Origin: a bacterium
Lineage (GTDB): Bacteria > Patescibacteriota > Microgenomatia > Curtissbacterales > GWA2-41-24
Direction of reading: 5' to 3'
Assembly (NCBI GenBank): GCA_021813945.1
Contig: JAKAJD010000001.1
Location: 137,744 to 201,743, forward strand
Length of the DNA stretch: 64,000 nt
Below are positions 28,356 to 36,765 of this stretch, piece by piece. Each line of letters begins with the position of its first letter. Within the stretch, counting starts at the first letter, position 1. Both the position numbers and the translations under genes were made by a program. The notes beneath the pieces were generated by a model. That model was not told the origin of the DNA and searched no databases. It was given only the letters and a program-made list of their open reading frames with translations.

Positions 28356-29471
28356 ATGGACAACCAAAGAACCGTTTTAAAAGCTCAAAAAAGCGCTCTC
28401 GATTATCCTCTTCTTATAACCGGCGCAGCCCTTGTCATAATTGGGCTTATTGCCATCTATGATGCTTCAGTCGTTTCTGCTTTTCACGATTTCGGTGATA
28501 AATTTCACTACATAAAAAACCAGTTGGTATGGGCAACTTTAGGTTCCTTTAGCCTGGTATTTTTTAGTTTTTTTGATTACCATAAACTTGTAAAACTGGG
28601 GTCTCTGATTCTTGGTGCATCAATTATTCTTTTGGGCCTTGTTCTTATCCCGCACATCGGAACGGAAGCTTTAGGGGCCAGGCGCTGGATAAATATTGGA
28701 TCATTTAACTTTCAGCCATCGGAATTTACCAAACTGGCAATTATTTTCTACGCAACGGCAATTATCTCCAAATTCGAACATTTCAAAATTACCCTTTACG
28801 ACGCAGCCATTGTTTATTTTTTGCCCATAATGATTGCAGCTGGCTTGGTTTTTTTCCAACCGGATTTTGGAACGGACATCATCTTTTTAAGCTTGGCCCT
28901 TATCGTATACTTTGTCGGAAACGCTCCTATTTGGCATTTCCTTTTAAGTTTGCCGGTTTTGGTTTTAGGCGGGCTTTTTGTCATCATCACCGAACCTTAT
29001 AGGCTTGAACGCTTGAAAGCATTTTTGGACCCGACTTACGATCCCAAAGGCGCTTCCTATCAGATCAACCAAATAATTATCGCCTTGGCAACCGGCGGTT
29101 TTTTAGGGGTGGGGCTTGGAGGCTCTCGGAGCAAATTTGAATTTATTCCCGAAGTCCAAAACGACGCAATTTTTGCTGTAATTGTTGAAGAATTGGGTTT
29201 TTTGGGCGCCTTAGTTCTTATTGGTCTATTTCTTTTTCTTTTAACCCGAGCCATAAAAATAGCCAGAAGCGCGCCCGATTTTATAGGCAAAGTTTTAGGA
29301 GCCGGGCTTGTGGGGCTTTTAGCATCGCAAATTTTTCTAAACTTGGCATCAAATGTGGCCCTAGTTCCTTTAACCGGAATTCCGCTTCCGTTTATATCCT
29401 ACGGCGGCTCGTCTCTTTTTGTTACCTTAAGTGCACTTGGCATACTTTTAAATATCAAAAGGCAATCATGA
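28356..29471 (+). CDS. ftsW: SEDS family peptidoglycan glycosyltransferase FtsW
   Basis: 10-TM SEDS protein with SFQPSEFTKL and PEVQNDAIFAVIVEELGF blocks. Position between murD and murG. Confidence 0.9.
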   Translation: MDNQRTVLKAQKSALDYPLLITGAALVIIGLIAIYDASVVSAFHDFGDKFHYIKNQLVWATLGSFSLVFFSFFDYHKLVKLGSLILGASIILLGLVLIPHIGTEALGARRWINIGSFNFQPSEFTKLAIIFYATAIISKFEHFKITLYDAAIVYFLPIMIAAGLVFFQPDFGTDIIFLSLALIVYFVGNAPIWHFLLSLPVLVLGGLFVIITEPYRLERLKAFLDPTYDPKGASYQINQIIIALATGGFLGVGLGGSRSKFEFIPEVQNDAIFAVIVEELGFLGALVLIGLFLFLLTRAIKIARSAPDFIGKVLGAGLVGLLASQIFLNLASNVALVPLTGIPLPFISYGGSSLFVTLSALGILLNIKRQS

Positions 29472-30565
29472 AAAAAATCGTTGTAACGGGTGGCCACTTA
29501 ACTCCAGCTTTGGCTCTTATTGAAAATCTTCAAAAGCAAAAAGATGTTGAAATTATTTTTTTCGGCAGAAAATATGCATCGGAAGGGGCGAAAGTAGAAT
29601 CCGCAGAATATAAAATCATCAAGCAAAAAGATATTAAATTTGTGCAAATTACAACCGGTCGTCTCCAGCGAAAGTTTACACGCTACACTCCCAAATCTTT
29701 AGCCAAAGTTCCGGGCGGCTTCGCCCAAGCAATTTATCATCTTAAGCGGGAAAAACCGGCAGTTGTTGTTTCCTTCGGCGGCTACATTGGCTTACCGGTA
29801 ATATTCACAGCAAAACTTCTGGGTATAAAAACCATAATTCACGAGCAGAGTGCAGTACCCGGGCTTGCCAATAGGCTGAGTGCCAAGATTTGCGACAAAA
29901 TTTTCGTTTCTTTTCCAAAAACGGCAAAGTACTTTCCGGCCCAAAAAACTGAAGTTATCGGCAATTTAACAAGATCCGACGTCTATAAAAAGCAAGCGAC
30001 TTCCAAAAAAATCAGCGATTTTCTGAAAAAATCAGAAAGCTTAATTTTTGTAACCGGCGGAAACCAGGGTTCCCATTTTATAAACGAGCTTATCTTCCAG
30101 AGCATTGAAAATCTGAAAAATTATCAAATCCTGCATCAGGTTGGAACTCTAAATTTCAAAGGTGATCTCGACAGGGCTTTGGAAAAATCAAATAGCAATT
30201 ACTTGCCTGTCGACTATCTCACATCTTCAGATTTTGGCGCGAGCCTAAACTCAGCAAGAATTGTCATCTCGCGATCCGGTGCTAACACCGTCTGGGAACT
30301 GGCAACCTTATCCAAAGTTGCAATCTTAATCCCTCTTCCGATCTCAGCTGCCGGTGAGCAATATGAAAACGCCCAAATCCTAAAAGAAGCCGGATCGGCA
30401 ATCGTCCTAAATCAAAAAGAAACAACTCCTCAAACTTTAATATCAACCATCGGCGAAATCGAAGCAAATTACCCCAAATTCCAAACATCTGCCAAAGCTC
30501 TTTCCACCAAAATGCCCAAAGATGCCGCGCAAAAACTTGCCGAGGCAGTTATCAGTTATACTTAA
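29468..30565 (+). CDS. murG: undecaprenyldiphospho-muramoylpentapeptide beta-N-acetylglucosaminyltransferase MurG
   Basis: VVTGGHLTPALAL...VTGGNQGS... GT28 N and C domains. Confidence 0.9.
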   Translation: MKKIVVTGGHLTPALALIENLQKQKDVEIIFFGRKYASEGAKVESAEYKIIKQKDIKFVQITTGRLQRKFTRYTPKSLAKVPGGFAQAIYHLKREKPAVVVSFGGYIGLPVIFTAKLLGIKTIIHEQSAVPGLANRLSAKICDKIFVSFPKTAKYFPAQKTEVIGNLTRSDVYKKQATSKKISDFLKKSESLIFVTGGNQGSHFINELIFQSIENLKNYQILHQVGTLNFKGDLDRALEKSNSNYLPVDYLTSSDFGASLNSARIVISRSGANTVWELATLSKVAILIPLPISAAGEQYENAQILKEAGSAIVLNQKETTPQTLISTIGEIEANYPKFQTSAKALSTKMPKDAAQKLAEAVISYT

Positions 30566-30568
30566 ATT

Positions 30569-31237
30569 ATGATAAAAAGCCTGCTTATCATTGTGGCTGT
30601 TGCCGCAGTCTTTCTTGTCTTGGCCAAATTTGCCTTCGAAGTTAAAACGATTGATCTCAAAGATCAGGATTCATGTCTAAAGCAAATTGATCTAAAAAAA
30701 GAATATATTGGCAAAAACTTGCTTCTTATAAATCCCAAAAAAGAACAAAATTCCTTAAAAGACAAAAATAGCTGTGTAGACGGCGTAGCAGTTGAGCGCA
30801 AATTTCCGATTACTTTGCAAATTACAGTCAAATCCAAAGTCCCCGTTGCCAAAATAGACGGCACGGAGCTCCTGGCAACATCAGACGGATTGTTGATAAA
30901 AAAGCAAATTACGGCAAATATTCCAACTATTTATCTTCCAAATTCGAAAAGTCTAAAAGAAAATGAAACCTTGCAAGATAAAACTGCAATTTTTGCGCTT
31001 CAAATTTCTTCTGGTCTTTTAAAATCCGATTTCACGCCTGCCTCCATTAGACTTATTGGATCAAACGATATAGCAGTTTACAGTACAAGTGGTATTATCG
31101 CCCTTTTTACGACTAATCAATCTGCGTCTGACCAGGTTGACTCTTTACAGTCTATAATGACTAAAGCTAAAATAGATGCGTCAAAAATTGAAAAAATCGA
31201 TTTGAGATTCAACAAGCCGACAGTAGTTTTCAAATGA
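30569..31237 (+). CDS. ftsQ: cell division protein FtsQ/DivIB-like (TM + POTRA)
   Basis: One TM helix, POTRA-like beta-rich region. Synteny before ftsA. Confidence 0.65.
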   Translation: MIKSLLIIVAVAAVFLVLAKFAFEVKTIDLKDQDSCLKQIDLKKEYIGKNLLLINPKKEQNSLKDKNSCVDGVAVERKFPITLQITVKSKVPVAKIDGTELLATSDGLLIKKQITANIPTIYLPNSKSLKENETLQDKTAIFALQISSGLLKSDFTPASIRLIGSNDIAVYSTSGIIALFTTNQSASDQVDSLQSIMTKAKIDASKIEKIDLRFNKPTVVFK

Positions 31238-31259
31238 CTCCATCTAAAAAAATCTCGTA

Positions 31260-32537
31260 ATGCCAAAAGAAAAAGTTGTCGTTGGAATAGATATAGGTTC
31301 AACAAAAGTAACTACCATAATTGCAACTTTTCTTGACGATTCTACACCCAACATTATCGGAGTTTCATCAACGCAGGCCAAAGGCCTTCGAAAGGGGCAG
31401 GTGGTAGATATTGACGAAGCTGTAGCATCAATAACCAACTCACTGGAGGCCGCAGAGCGCATGGCAGGCTACTCGGTTGGCACTGCTTTTGTTTCCGTAG
31501 ACGGTGTCAATATCGAGTCGCAAAACAGTAAAGGCGTAGTGGCGGTCGCCAATCCCCAAGGAGAAATAACAGAAGAAGATGTCGCAAGGGTAGTTGAAGC
31601 TGCCCGTGCAATTTCTCTGCCATCATCCCGAGAAATTCTCCACGTTATCCCAAGGTATTTTACGGTCGACTCTCAATCCGGCATCAAGGATCCTGTCGGC
31701 ATGAACGGTGTGCGCCTGGAAGTTGAAACCCACATCGTAACCGGTGCCGCAACAGCCCTAAGAAACATTGCCAAATGCGTAAGCCAGGTAGGGGTGGATA
31801 TAGACGGCATGGTTTTTTCGGGCCTTGCCTCCGCCTACTCAACTTTAACCGATACCGAACGCGAACTTGGTGTAATCCTTGTTGATTTCGGCGGCGGCAC
31901 AACCGATATCTCGATTTTCATAGACGGCGCCCCGGCTCACTGTGCAGTACTTCCAGTCGGAGCCCGAAACGTCACCAACGATTTGGCAATCGGCATGCGC
32001 ATTTCCCTGGATAGCGCCGAAAAAATTAAACTTGCACTTTCCAAGCCTCCCAAAATTGCAGTAGAACCGGACGAAGACGGTGAACCCAGGGACAAAAAGG
32101 AATCCGACACCTTAGACCTAGTCGGCATGGCAATCGAAGAAGACCTTCGCTCCGTTTCCAAAAAAACCTTATCGGACGGCATCATCAAACCGCGCCTTCG
32201 CGAAATCTTAAATATGGTCAAGCTCGAAATCCAAAAGACAAACCTTGCCGGCCTTACCCCATCCGGGGTAGTCATAACCGGTGGGGGAGCAGCAACATCT
32301 AATCTGGTGGAAATTGCCCGCCACGAACTGCAAATGCCCGTCCGACTCGGCATGCCCCAAGGCGCAAAAGGCTTAATTGACGAAATTGCCTCCCCCGCCT
32401 TTGCGGCAAGCTTGGGCCTCATTCTTTACGGATCCCAGTACCAGCAGGAAGACATCCGCCTGCCTCTAGTCGGAAGAATTGAAGTGAAAAATATCTTCTC
32501 CAAAGGTTTGGGGCTTATTAAGTCAATCCTTCCCTAG
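31260..32537 (+). CDS. ftsA: cell division protein FtsA
   Basis: VVGIDIGSTKV...DFGGGTTDISIF actin-fold motifs. Confidence 0.9.
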   Translation: MPKEKVVVGIDIGSTKVTTIIATFLDDSTPNIIGVSSTQAKGLRKGQVVDIDEAVASITNSLEAAERMAGYSVGTAFVSVDGVNIESQNSKGVVAVANPQGEITEEDVARVVEAARAISLPSSREILHVIPRYFTVDSQSGIKDPVGMNGVRLEVETHIVTGAATALRNIAKCVSQVGVDIDGMVFSGLASAYSTLTDTERELGVILVDFGGGTTDISIFIDGAPAHCAVLPVGARNVTNDLAIGMRISLDSAEKIKLALSKPPKIAVEPDEDGEPRDKKESDTLDLVGMAIEEDLRSVSKKTLSDGIIKPRLREILNMVKLEIQKTNLAGLTPSGVVITGGGAATSNLVEIARHELQMPVRLGMPQGAKGLIDEIASPAFAASLGLILYGSQYQQEDIRLPLVGRIEVKNIFSKGLGLIKSILP

Positions 32538-32610
32538 TGCGCTTGAAAATAAAGCCCTTCTGTGGTAAATTGTGACAGCTTTTAGTCACAGCTTTTAGCC
32601 GATAGCTTTT

Positions 32611-33720
32611 ATGCTTATAAAACCAGACGTTAACAGGTTCGCCAAAATTAAAGTTTTAGGAATTGGCGGCGGCGGAACCAACGCCCTAAACTCCATGATC
32701 ACCCAGGCACAAATTCAGGGGGTCGATTTCGTGGCGGTCAACACCGACCAGCAGCACCTTTTGGCATCTCACGCCCAAACAAAAGTGCAAATTGGCGATG
32801 GCCTCACCAAAGGGCTTGGAGCAGGAGCCGACCCGGATGTTGGCAAAAAAGCGGCAGAAGAGTCCCTCGAACACATAAAACAGGTAATCGGCGGAGCCGA
32901 CATGGTCTTTATTACCTACGGCGCCGGCGGGGGAACGGGAACAGGTGCCGGTCCGGTTATTGCCGAGCTTGCCAAAAAACTCGGTGTCCTAACGGTTGCC
33001 GTAATCACCAAACCCTTTGGTTTTGAAGGCACCAAAAGAATGGTTGTTGCCGATGAAGGCATAGAAGTGCTTCGTAATAAAGTCGACACTTTAATCGTTA
33101 TCCCTAACCAAAAGCTTTTGGAAGTAGTCGACAAAAACGTTTCACTTTTAGAAGCATTCAAACTCGCAGACTCCGTCCTTTCCCAGGGTGTCCAGGGCAT
33201 TTCCGACATCATCGTTATGCCCGGTCTTATAAATGTCGACTTTGCCGATGTTAAGGCCATTATGACCGGTGCCGGATCAACCCTTATGGGAGTTGGTATT
33301 GCAACCGGCGAAAACCGCGCTTCAACAGCCGCCCGCCAGGCAATCGCCTCACCGCTTTTGGACGCCTCAATAGAAGGCGCACGCGGACTTCTCTTTAACA
33401 TCACCGGCGGATCCGACATGACCATGAACGAGGTGGACGAAGCCGCCAAAGTCATAACCGGCATGGCCGACCCGGATGCCCAGATAATCTTCGGTGCGGC
33501 AATAGACGAAAAGCTAGTCGACCAAGTCAAAGTAACGGTTGTTGCAACCGGCTTTGACGAATCCCGCAGCCGCTACGCCCGCGTCGGCCCGATTCCTCAA
33601 GTCGAAACCCAGGACTTGTCTCAAGCTCAGCAATCCGATAGTGAAACTCCACCAGCATCAAACGGCGAAATGGACGAAGACGAATTCGACATTCCCACGT
33701 TCCTCCGCCAAATCAGATAA
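32611..33720 (+). CDS. ftsZ: cell division protein FtsZ
   Basis: GIGGGGTNALN tubulin signature, T7 loop, and a C-terminal acidic tail ending DIPTFLRQ. Confidence 0.95.
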   Translation: MLIKPDVNRFAKIKVLGIGGGGTNALNSMITQAQIQGVDFVAVNTDQQHLLASHAQTKVQIGDGLTKGLGAGADPDVGKKAAEESLEHIKQVIGGADMVFITYGAGGGTGTGAGPVIAELAKKLGVLTVAVITKPFGFEGTKRMVVADEGIEVLRNKVDTLIVIPNQKLLEVVDKNVSLLEAFKLADSVLSQGVQGISDIIVMPGLINVDFADVKAIMTGAGSTLMGVGIATGENRASTAARQAIASPLLDASIEGARGLLFNITGGSDMTMNEVDEAAKVITGMADPDAQIIFGAAIDEKLVDQVKVTVVATGFDESRSRYARVGPIPQVETQDLSQAQQSDSETPPASNGEMDEDEFDIPTFLRQIR

Positions 33721-33724
33721 TTAC

Positions 33725-33961
33725 ATGTCTATATCAATAGAAGCTTTGATAAAAATGAGGGAAGCCCTGGAAGAAGACCAGCAAAGAAGGCTGGCCGAGT
33801 TCTGTGCACGTGGACCGCAAGGTAATGTTATGCAAGAAACGCAGGTATTCTTCTTAAGTTATATGAACCCTACAGGTACAAAAATCGATTTACTCAACAA
33901 CCTTATCGAAACTGCATCCAATCCTCCAGCCGAAGTGCCCGCAGCAACCCCCGAAGCTTAA
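33725..33961 (+). CDS. small hypothetical protein downstream of ftsZ
   Basis: 78-aa ORF from the ATG 5 nt after the ftsZ stop (MSISIEALIKMREALEE...). The longer track ORF from 33539 overlaps ftsZ and is not credible. Confidence 0.45.
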   Translation: MSISIEALIKMREALEEDQQRRLAEFCARGPQGNVMQETQVFFLSYMNPTGTKIDLLNNLIETASNPPAEVPAATPEA

Positions 33962-34030
33962 AAAAAGTAAAACCGAAGCCGAGTCCTGACCCTTACGTTC
34001 CAAAAAGCAGATAAGATAAGGAAAATAATA

Positions 34031-34059
34031 TTGACAAATTAAATTTTGGGCGGTATTAT
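34031..34059 (+). promoter_or_regulatory. sigma70-like promoter TTGACA-N17-TATTAT driving the two-gene AT-rich module
   Basis: Consensus -35 at 34031-36 and -10 at 34054-59 with a 17-nt spacer. The predicted TSS lies downstream of the TTG at 34062, which favours the ATG at 34080 as start. Confidence 0.5.
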
Positions 34060-34079
34060 GCTTGAAATCACTTCAAGAA

Positions 34080-34658
34080 ATGGATAATCCTACCAAAGCA
34101 GTCATAAATCTTAGAGAAGGAGTAATAGAACTTCAAGGAAGCGAAGCCTTTGTAACAAAATATTTAGATGAATTTAAAGCAAAAATTATCAAAGAAGAAA
34201 ATCATACTTTAATATCAAGACACAATCAAGACGCTTCAAGCAAGCAGCCCGTGCACAAGAAGACAATCCAGAAGAAGCAGACAAGGGCACAAATCAAAGC
34301 GAAAACAAAAAACATCCAACCAGAAGATTTTGATATAGACGCCTCCAGTGATAAGAAAATACCCTCACTGAAAGCCTTTATTGATGAGAAAAAACCGGAC
34401 GAAGCTGCCGCTTCTAGAATTGCAACGATTGGCTTTTATATTACTAAATTAAAAAAACTACAAAATTTTTCTGAGGGTAACATCGAATTTGCTTATTTAA
34501 CACTCGACTGGAAAAGACCACTCCACATAAGACAATCTTGTATTGACGCCAAGAATAAGAAGCGTTTTCTCGAAGAAGATAATGATGATCCTGGGAAATG
34601 GAAGCTCTCAAGACTGGGAGAAATATTCGTAAATGAAAAGCTACCGCAGCAAGGGTAA
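34080..34658 (+). CDS. hypothetical protein (first gene of HEPN-associated pair), K/Q-rich linker
   Basis: AT-rich ORF. Its stop overlaps the next gene's start by 26 nt, suggesting translational coupling. No known domain. Confidence 0.55.
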   Translation: MDNPTKAVINLREGVIELQGSEAFVTKYLDEFKAKIIKEENHTLISRHNQDASSKQPVHKKTIQKKQTRAQIKAKTKNIQPEDFDIDASSDKKIPSLKAFIDEKKPDEAAASRIATIGFYITKLKKLQNFSEGNIEFAYLTLDWKRPLHIRQSCIDAKNKKRFLEEDNDDPGKWKLSRLGEIFVNEKLPQQG

Positions 34659-35415
34659 TGAAATAAGCGTAGACCTGAATTTTCTTCTAGAGAAAAAACC
34701 CGATTTTTACGAGTTAACCCAAAAGGAACAAATTAAGTATATTTGTTTTATTTACTATAAAAATACAAAAAATTCACCATTTAAGCAAAAAGACATTAAA
34801 GGGCTATTCCAAGAATTTAATTTGGTATCACCGTCACACTTTTCTGAGCATTTTGAAAGTTTTACAAAAGGAAAAGTTCCGTTACTTGTAAAAAAAACAA
34901 ATGGATATGTTGTACACCCCTCATTGGACAAAGATCTTACACTTGAATTTTTCTCTGCCGAAAAAGCTGAAAATTTTAAAAAAGAAAAGAATACGAGTTT
35001 ATTTAGTAAATACGATTTTCATCCAGCGATAAAAAAAGTTTCATTCAGGCAATTTCAGGATGGCTATTACAAGGAAGCAATTTTAAATGCTTTAGTAGAA
35101 GTCGTTGATCAAGTTAAAATTAAATCTGGGCACCCAAAAAATAATTCGGGTAAGGAATTAGACGGCGACGATTTGATGAATCAAGTTTTTGGTTGTGATA
35201 ATCAACAACCGATTGTTAGTTTTAACGATCTAGCTACAAGCCTCGATAAGGCAGAGCAAAGGGGAATAATGTACCTATTTAAAGGAATTGTTGGAGTACG
35301 AGATAAAAAAGCACATCTAAATTTCATACAAAATGACCCTCTGAAAACAATTGAGTATTTATCGTTGGCAAGTCTCTTAATGAGACTATTAGATGAAAAC
35401 TTAGCTGAGTCTTAA
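34633..35415 (+). CDS. hypothetical protein with C-terminal HEPN-like (TIGR02391/Hypoth_Ymh-type) domain
   Basis: C-terminal block AILNALVEVVDQVK...LMNQVFGC...IVSFN...GIVGVRDKKAHL contains an R-x4-H motif (RDKKAH) in a G-x-G-x-R context. This is typical of HEPN ribonuclease-type domains. Confidence 0.55.
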   Translation: MKSYRSKGNEISVDLNFLLEKKPDFYELTQKEQIKYICFIYYKNTKNSPFKQKDIKGLFQEFNLVSPSHFSEHFESFTKGKVPLLVKKTNGYVVHPSLDKDLTLEFFSAEKAENFKKEKNTSLFSKYDFHPAIKKVSFRQFQDGYYKEAILNALVEVVDQVKIKSGHPKNNSGKELDGDDLMNQVFGCDNQQPIVSFNDLATSLDKAEQRGIMYLFKGIVGVRDKKAHLNFIQNDPLKTIEYLSLASLLMRLLDENLAES

Positions 35416-35459
35416 AGCTTTATAAACTCCATTTCTGCGCGCTTTGATATAATTCCACT

Positions 35460-35861
35460 GTGAATAAAACAAAAATCAACTCCTTGGAATTTGCCCAAAG
35501 AATGGGTGCTTATTCACACGGTTACACCGTAGATGTTGGGGATTCAAAGATTATTTTTACGACCGGACAGGTCGCATTAGACAAAGAAGGAAATGTAGTT
35601 CACCCAAACGATGCAGCCAAACAAGCAGAGTTTATTTTTGAAAGCCTTAATAAAATCTTAAACGAAGCAGGCGCTTCTTTAGATGACGCTGTGAAAGCAA
35701 CAGTATATGTAACCGACATGAATGATTTTTCCAAAATTAGCGAAGTTCGGAATCAATATTTCAAAAATTCCGAACCGGTATCGACTTTAGTAGAAGTAAG
35801 CAAATTGGTCAAAGTTGGTTGTGTTTTAGAAATCGAAGTAATCGCCGTCGTAAAAAAGTAA
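35460..35861 (+). CDS. ridA: RidA/YjgF family reactive-intermediate deaminase
   Basis: AYSHGYTVD...IFTTGQVALDKEGNVV...ATVYVTDMNDF...VEVIAVV conserved blocks. GTG start sits just after an extended -10 (TGaTATAAT, 35445-35453), implying a leaderless mRNA. Confidence 0.85.
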   Translation: MNKTKINSLEFAQRMGAYSHGYTVDVGDSKIIFTTGQVALDKEGNVVHPNDAAKQAEFIFESLNKILNEAGASLDDAVKATVYVTDMNDFSKISEVRNQYFKNSEPVSTLVEVSKLVKVGCVLEIEVIAVVKK

Positions 35862-35873
35862 ATTCAGTCTCCT

Positions 35874-35895
35874 CAATTTCCGCGCCCGCGCTAGA
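35874..35895. repeat. copy 1 of 20-22-bp direct repeat TCAATTTCCGCGCCCGC(GC)TAG
   Basis: Identical core to 36746-36765. Both copies sit at the 3' ends of adjacent minus-strand genes. Confidence 0.6.
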
Positions 35896-36727
35896 CTAAG
35901 TAGCTTGCGGCCATAATCATTTCGCCGCGGGGGTCGAAACCCATGTCAAGAATTCGATCTGCAATGCGGTAATTTAATTTTACAGTGCTTAAAAGAATGC
36001 CTTTAACAGGAGTGCCCCTTAATTCTGAAACTTGGGTCCCAATTCTTTCTAATCTTTCCCTGAATATTTCATTAAAGATCTCATTAGGCAATCTGCCTTC
36101 AGAAGCATTTCTCAAAGTGCTAACTTCACCGGTAAAACCATCCATGTCACGCGCTTTCCTGAAATAATCTCGTAAATCAACCGGTTTTCTAACGTGCGCA
36201 ACATAAGCAAGGCCCTCTATATCACCTTCCATTGCTCTGTTTAACATTATTTTGCCATCCGAAACGGCTAAAGGTACCGAATCTTCAACTGTCGTTTTAC
36301 CAGCCTGCTCTGCAATTGGCTGCTCGGCGAAAGTAGAATCGACCATAATAACTGGAAAAATAAACACGTTTGAAGCATATGCAGTTGTTTCCAATTGACT
36401 TCGAACAACCTCAGCCTCTACCTGGGCAACCTGTCTTCCTTTTAGCTCGGGAACAGTTGGTAGGTCAGTATTTCTTGGGTTGGAAGCAGTGTTCCTTTGG
36501 GAGGTGACATGGGGTGCGCCTTTCAAAACAACACCGCGAATAACATCGTATTCCGGCGCAACAGGCATTTCTCGGAAAGCAAGTTGGGCATTCCAATACT
36601 TTTCGTCGGGCCCGTATACCGTTCGGCCTTTATCGTCCTTTTTTATAACGAAACCCGGAATTTGTGGCTGTCCTTCTATATCTTTAGGCATGGTGGAAAC
36701 TTTACTCTCGAACAGGCTCAATGTCAA
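35891..36727 (-). CDS. hypothetical protein (higher-GC island gene 3)
   Basis: 278-aa ORF with TTG start and no recognised domain. Read through its stop, the frame would continue RGRGN*, mirroring the C-terminus of the next gene. Confidence 0.55.
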   Translation of the reverse strand: MTLSLFESKVSTMPKDIEGQPQIPGFVIKKDDKGRTVYGPDEKYWNAQLAFREMPVAPEYDVIRGVVLKGAPHVTSQRNTASNPRNTDLPTVPELKGRQVAQVEAEVVRSQLETTAYASNVFIFPVIMVDSTFAEQPIAEQAGKTTVEDSVPLAVSDGKIMLNRAMEGDIEGLAYVAHVRKPVDLRDYFRKARDMDGFTGEVSTLRNASEGRLPNEIFNEIFRERLERIGTQVSELRGTPVKGILLSTVKLNYRIADRILDMGFDPRGEMIMAASYLV

Positions 36728-36745
36728 ATTCTAGCGTACAGTTTA

Positions 36746-36765
36746 TCAATTTCCGCGCCCGCTAG
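36746..36765. repeat. copy 2 of direct repeat TCAATTTCCGCGCCCGCTAG (encodes C-terminal ASGRGN* of the 232-aa protein)
   Basis: Matches 35874-35895. Confidence 0.6.

Noticed and set aside
31937-32422. 161-aa ORF antisense to ftsA (and similar long antisense ORFs 32916-33530 within ftsZ, 40794-41207 and 43503-43991 within the RND gene, 515-850 within the GT-C gene)
   Set aside because: They lie entirely inside well-supported conserved genes on the opposite strand. Their composition (R/P/S-rich) is typical of antisense frames, and they have no start-site signals.
33539-33724. N-terminal 62-codon extension of the small post-ftsZ ORF that overlaps the ftsZ 3' end in another frame
   Set aside because: It would overlap ftsZ by about 180 nt. 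An in-frame ATG (33725) sits 5 nt after the ftsZ stop and gives a compact gene. The extension has a proline/alanine-rich composition typical of out-of-frame reading of GC-rich coding DNA.
35874-36765. Interpretation of the 20-bp direct repeats as integron attC-like cassette boundaries
   Set aside because: No extended imperfect-palindrome structure with attC core sites, no integrase nearby, and only two copies seen. Kept only as a duplicated 3'-end or recombination remnant hypothesis.
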